Assembly (NCBI GenBank): GCA_973895155.1
Contig: OZ316899.1
Coordinates: forward strand, 11,125,135-11,189,134
Length of the DNA stretch: 64,000 nt
Direction of reading: 5' to 3'
DNA from: Marsupella aquatica
Lineage: Eukaryota > Plantae > Marchantiophyta
Within the stretch, counting starts at the first letter, position 1, and each line of letters starts with the position of its first letter. The position numbers and the translations under genes were made by a program. This document shows, in pieces, positions 61,665 through 64,000 of this stretch. The notes under the pieces are model-generated. The model did not search any database and was not told where the DNA came from. It worked only from the letters and a program-made list of their open reading frames with translations.

Positions 61665-64000
61665 ATGGCTTCTCTTGTGATAATCCGATCAATAACCGGG
61701 GATGTTGTTGTTCTTTGTCAAATTGAGGGAGACAGTGTTCAAGTCACTAAGGAGCATGAAGTAGCAAGCCGATTTGGTTTGAAGGTAGGGGATTTCATGA
61801 TTTACGAGGAGAGAGAAGATGGGTTGTCCACTTCTGCTGAATCCAAAGGCGATGGAGATGAGCGAGAGTGGTATCTGAAATGTGGCGTGTCCTATACTAT
61901 CTGCAAAAAGAAAGCAAGTTCATGCAATGTTAGTGAGGGTCTTGGAGATTTTGCGCACTCCCCACAGATTGATGAACCAAGTGAATTATGGAACAATACA
62001 CCGCGTCAGAAATCGTCCCAATTTTGGGAGGACATTCACCAAGTTGGTAGACCCCACTCAAATTCGTCGCCAGTGTGGCAGGATGTTGGAGAGGGAGATG
62101 GTCCAGTGAAGGAGACACCTCGACCCAATGCAATCAATCTCAGAGGGGGTCTTCGAGATGGTGAACCTCCTCGGACAAGTACACCTAAGTCCAATTCATT
62201 CCAAATGTGGGAGGATCTTGGAGATGGTGATACACCAGTGAAAGAGAAACCTCAATCAATTGCATTCAATCTCAGAGGGGGTCTTTGAGATGGTGAACCT
62301 CCTTGGACAAGTACACCTGGGTCCAATTCATTCCAAATGTGGGAGGATCTTGGAGATGGTGATACACCAGTGAAAGAGAAATCTTGATCAAGTGCATTCA
62401 ATCTCAGAGGGGGTCTTCAAGATGGTGAACCTTCTCGGACGAATACACCCGAGTCTACATCATCCCAATTTTGGGAGGATCGAGGAGCTGCTTATACTCC
62501 ACCAAAGGAGACACCTCGATCAAAGGCATTCCTTCTCAGAGAGGGTCTTTGAGAAGGCAATTCAGTATGGAAGGATGAGTTCCTTGTCAGTGTTGTTCAT
62601 GCCATGCTACACGGGAAAGGGACCTCTCCATGTGTACAAGCTGCTCGTAAGATTTTGAGCACAACATTGCCGGAGAGAGTTCAACGATTACCAAAAGTGT
62701 ATGATGGAGACCATGTTTTTGAGTTGCCACCTTTTACAAGTCCATACTTGAAGGGGTGTTTCTTTTTGGGCATGGAGCGAAAGAATGATTGTTACATGTG
62801 GACCAGGTTGATTGAGATAGGAGAAAATATCGGCCCAAAGCTAAACAACAACAATCACTCTTACAAGATCCAAACTGTGAAGTGTTTGGGTTCTCTGCGT
62901 TGTATGCATAGGGATTGTGAGAATTTTGAAGAGCGCAAAGAGCACAATTCTGCAAAGTGGACCCGAGATCAAGCAGGCACAAATGAGCTGCCTTTCCCTG
63001 TTGGATGCGACATTCCCCCATCAAGTGTAATTTGTAGCTTCTGCAGGAGGCCTCCTAGGTGTATAGCTGGATGCCCAAGTGAGATGTACTACATCACTCC
63101 AACCAAGGACGACCTTAATTATTGTCACAAGTCTCGTGTTGCCATGCATGTTGGAAATCACACCCATTCCGCAATGTTCACGCACAACAAAGATCAACGA
63201 TCACTTGTGCGTAATCTCGTGGAGGAGGAACTAAAGAGGAGTCCTACTGCACGGCCGTCTGTGATCAAGGTCAAAGCAGTACAGAAACTTAAAGATATTT
63301 TTGAGGACCCAGTGGCTGAGATGGTCACCACTGAGGAGGCAAATGACCTTGATGAAATGTTGGCCATTCTGGGCAACAAATTTGTTTTCCGCTCAATGAT
63401 CAGGAGCATCAAGAAATACTCTCATGTGTCGTCTGATGTAAGCATGATACTAGAGATGCGGAAGTAGACTGCATTTCCTTTTATCCAAAGTGTTTTGTTC
63501 CCAGCCCAGAACGTGGGAACAAATGAGCAGCCGCACTTTTTCAAATGAGTATAGAAGGTCCCGGGTTAGGAGTGGACCTTGTTCGAAGAATGCAGCCAGG
63601 AGGGGATCTTGAGCATTCTTGGGTGATGTCTGATGTCATGCACTGCATACTTGACAATAGATGGTGCACTATGTCTGCACACGTATATGACCATTTCTAT
63701 TGAGGCTTATGCATAATCTTTGTCTGTGAGCTAGTTTCAGAAGACAGCAAGTCATTGCAAACTGCATGGAAGGTCATGAGGAGGGTATGTGAAGAACATG
63801 GGCTGAAGAATGTGTAGTTCTATGAATTTATGGCTGATAATGCTGCTGCTGGGTGGAATGCGATCCGCAATGAATTTTGGGATGGAAAGGTAAATTCCCA
63901 TAGAGAGAGGTCTGATGCATTTCACTAGGCCCAATCAGTACAGAGAATGCAGAAGCACATTGTCCCAAGTAAGAGATTTGAGCATAAAGAATTGTTGGAT
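61665..64000 (+). pseudogene. MULE transposase 5' part: 44-aa repeats, GCM-like Cys/His domain, start of DDE core
   Basis: Mostly one frame with TGA/TAG stops and a frameshift at ~63540; KCLGSLRC...CSFC...HVGNHTH; GVDLVRRMQPGGDL..WVMSD..H; FMADNA; RERSDAFH. Confidence 0.82.
62080..62560 (+). repeat. 132-bp (44-aa) coding repeat x4 in transposase N-terminus
   Basis: ATCTCAGAGGGGGTCTTCGAGAT-type palindrome at 62137, 62269, 62401, 62533. Confidence 0.9.

Larger units (their letters stand above)
48249..64000 (+). mobile_element. Giant Mutator-like element (MULE-2), >15.7 kb, right end outside window
   Basis: Left TIR GAGGTACACAAATTCATCAGTTATCAGTGAC...ACTGATATCAGTC matches MULE-1; same palindrome throughout; transposase homologous to MULE-1. 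Confidence 0.82.

Overview
Non-genic, transposon-saturated land-plant DNA. The EF-1alpha copy and Bianca-type copia fit a plant; a bryophyte or other seed-free plant is my guess, not shown. The window is a nested stack of insertions: (1) a ~140-bp satellite (1-1835); (2) a Ty1/copia Bianca-like LTR retrotransposon (4168-9695) with identical 194-bp LTRs and an aberrant left end; (3) an F-box-like ORF and a large spliced pseudogene (10646-20856) with ParB/Srx-like, degenerate beta-class N4/N6 DNA-methyltransferase-like, ER/K-helix and Ulp1 SUMO-protease regions, followed by an FCP1-like ORF; (4) two 4-4.7 kb TG...CA elements with 5-bp TSDs that look like solo LTRs yet each carries a homologous long gene; (5) an EF-1alpha pseudogene cut by a CACTA element, into which a second CACTA and then two Mutator-like elements (MULEs) inserted. 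The most interesting system is the giant MULE family. It combines a GCM-like/DDE/SWIM transposase, a divergently transcribed ParB-like + pseudo-methyltransferase + Ulp1 gene, F-box and AT-hook cargo genes, and dozens of copies of one 23-bp palindrome (ATCTCGGCGA-NNN-TCGCCGAGAT) that forms the core of every tandem array in the element. The distant paralogue at 10.6-20.9 kb is associated with a different palindrome of the same geometry, suggesting co-evolving protein/site pairs, possibly an anti-silencing system. All domain calls are by-eye motif recognition, not database searches.
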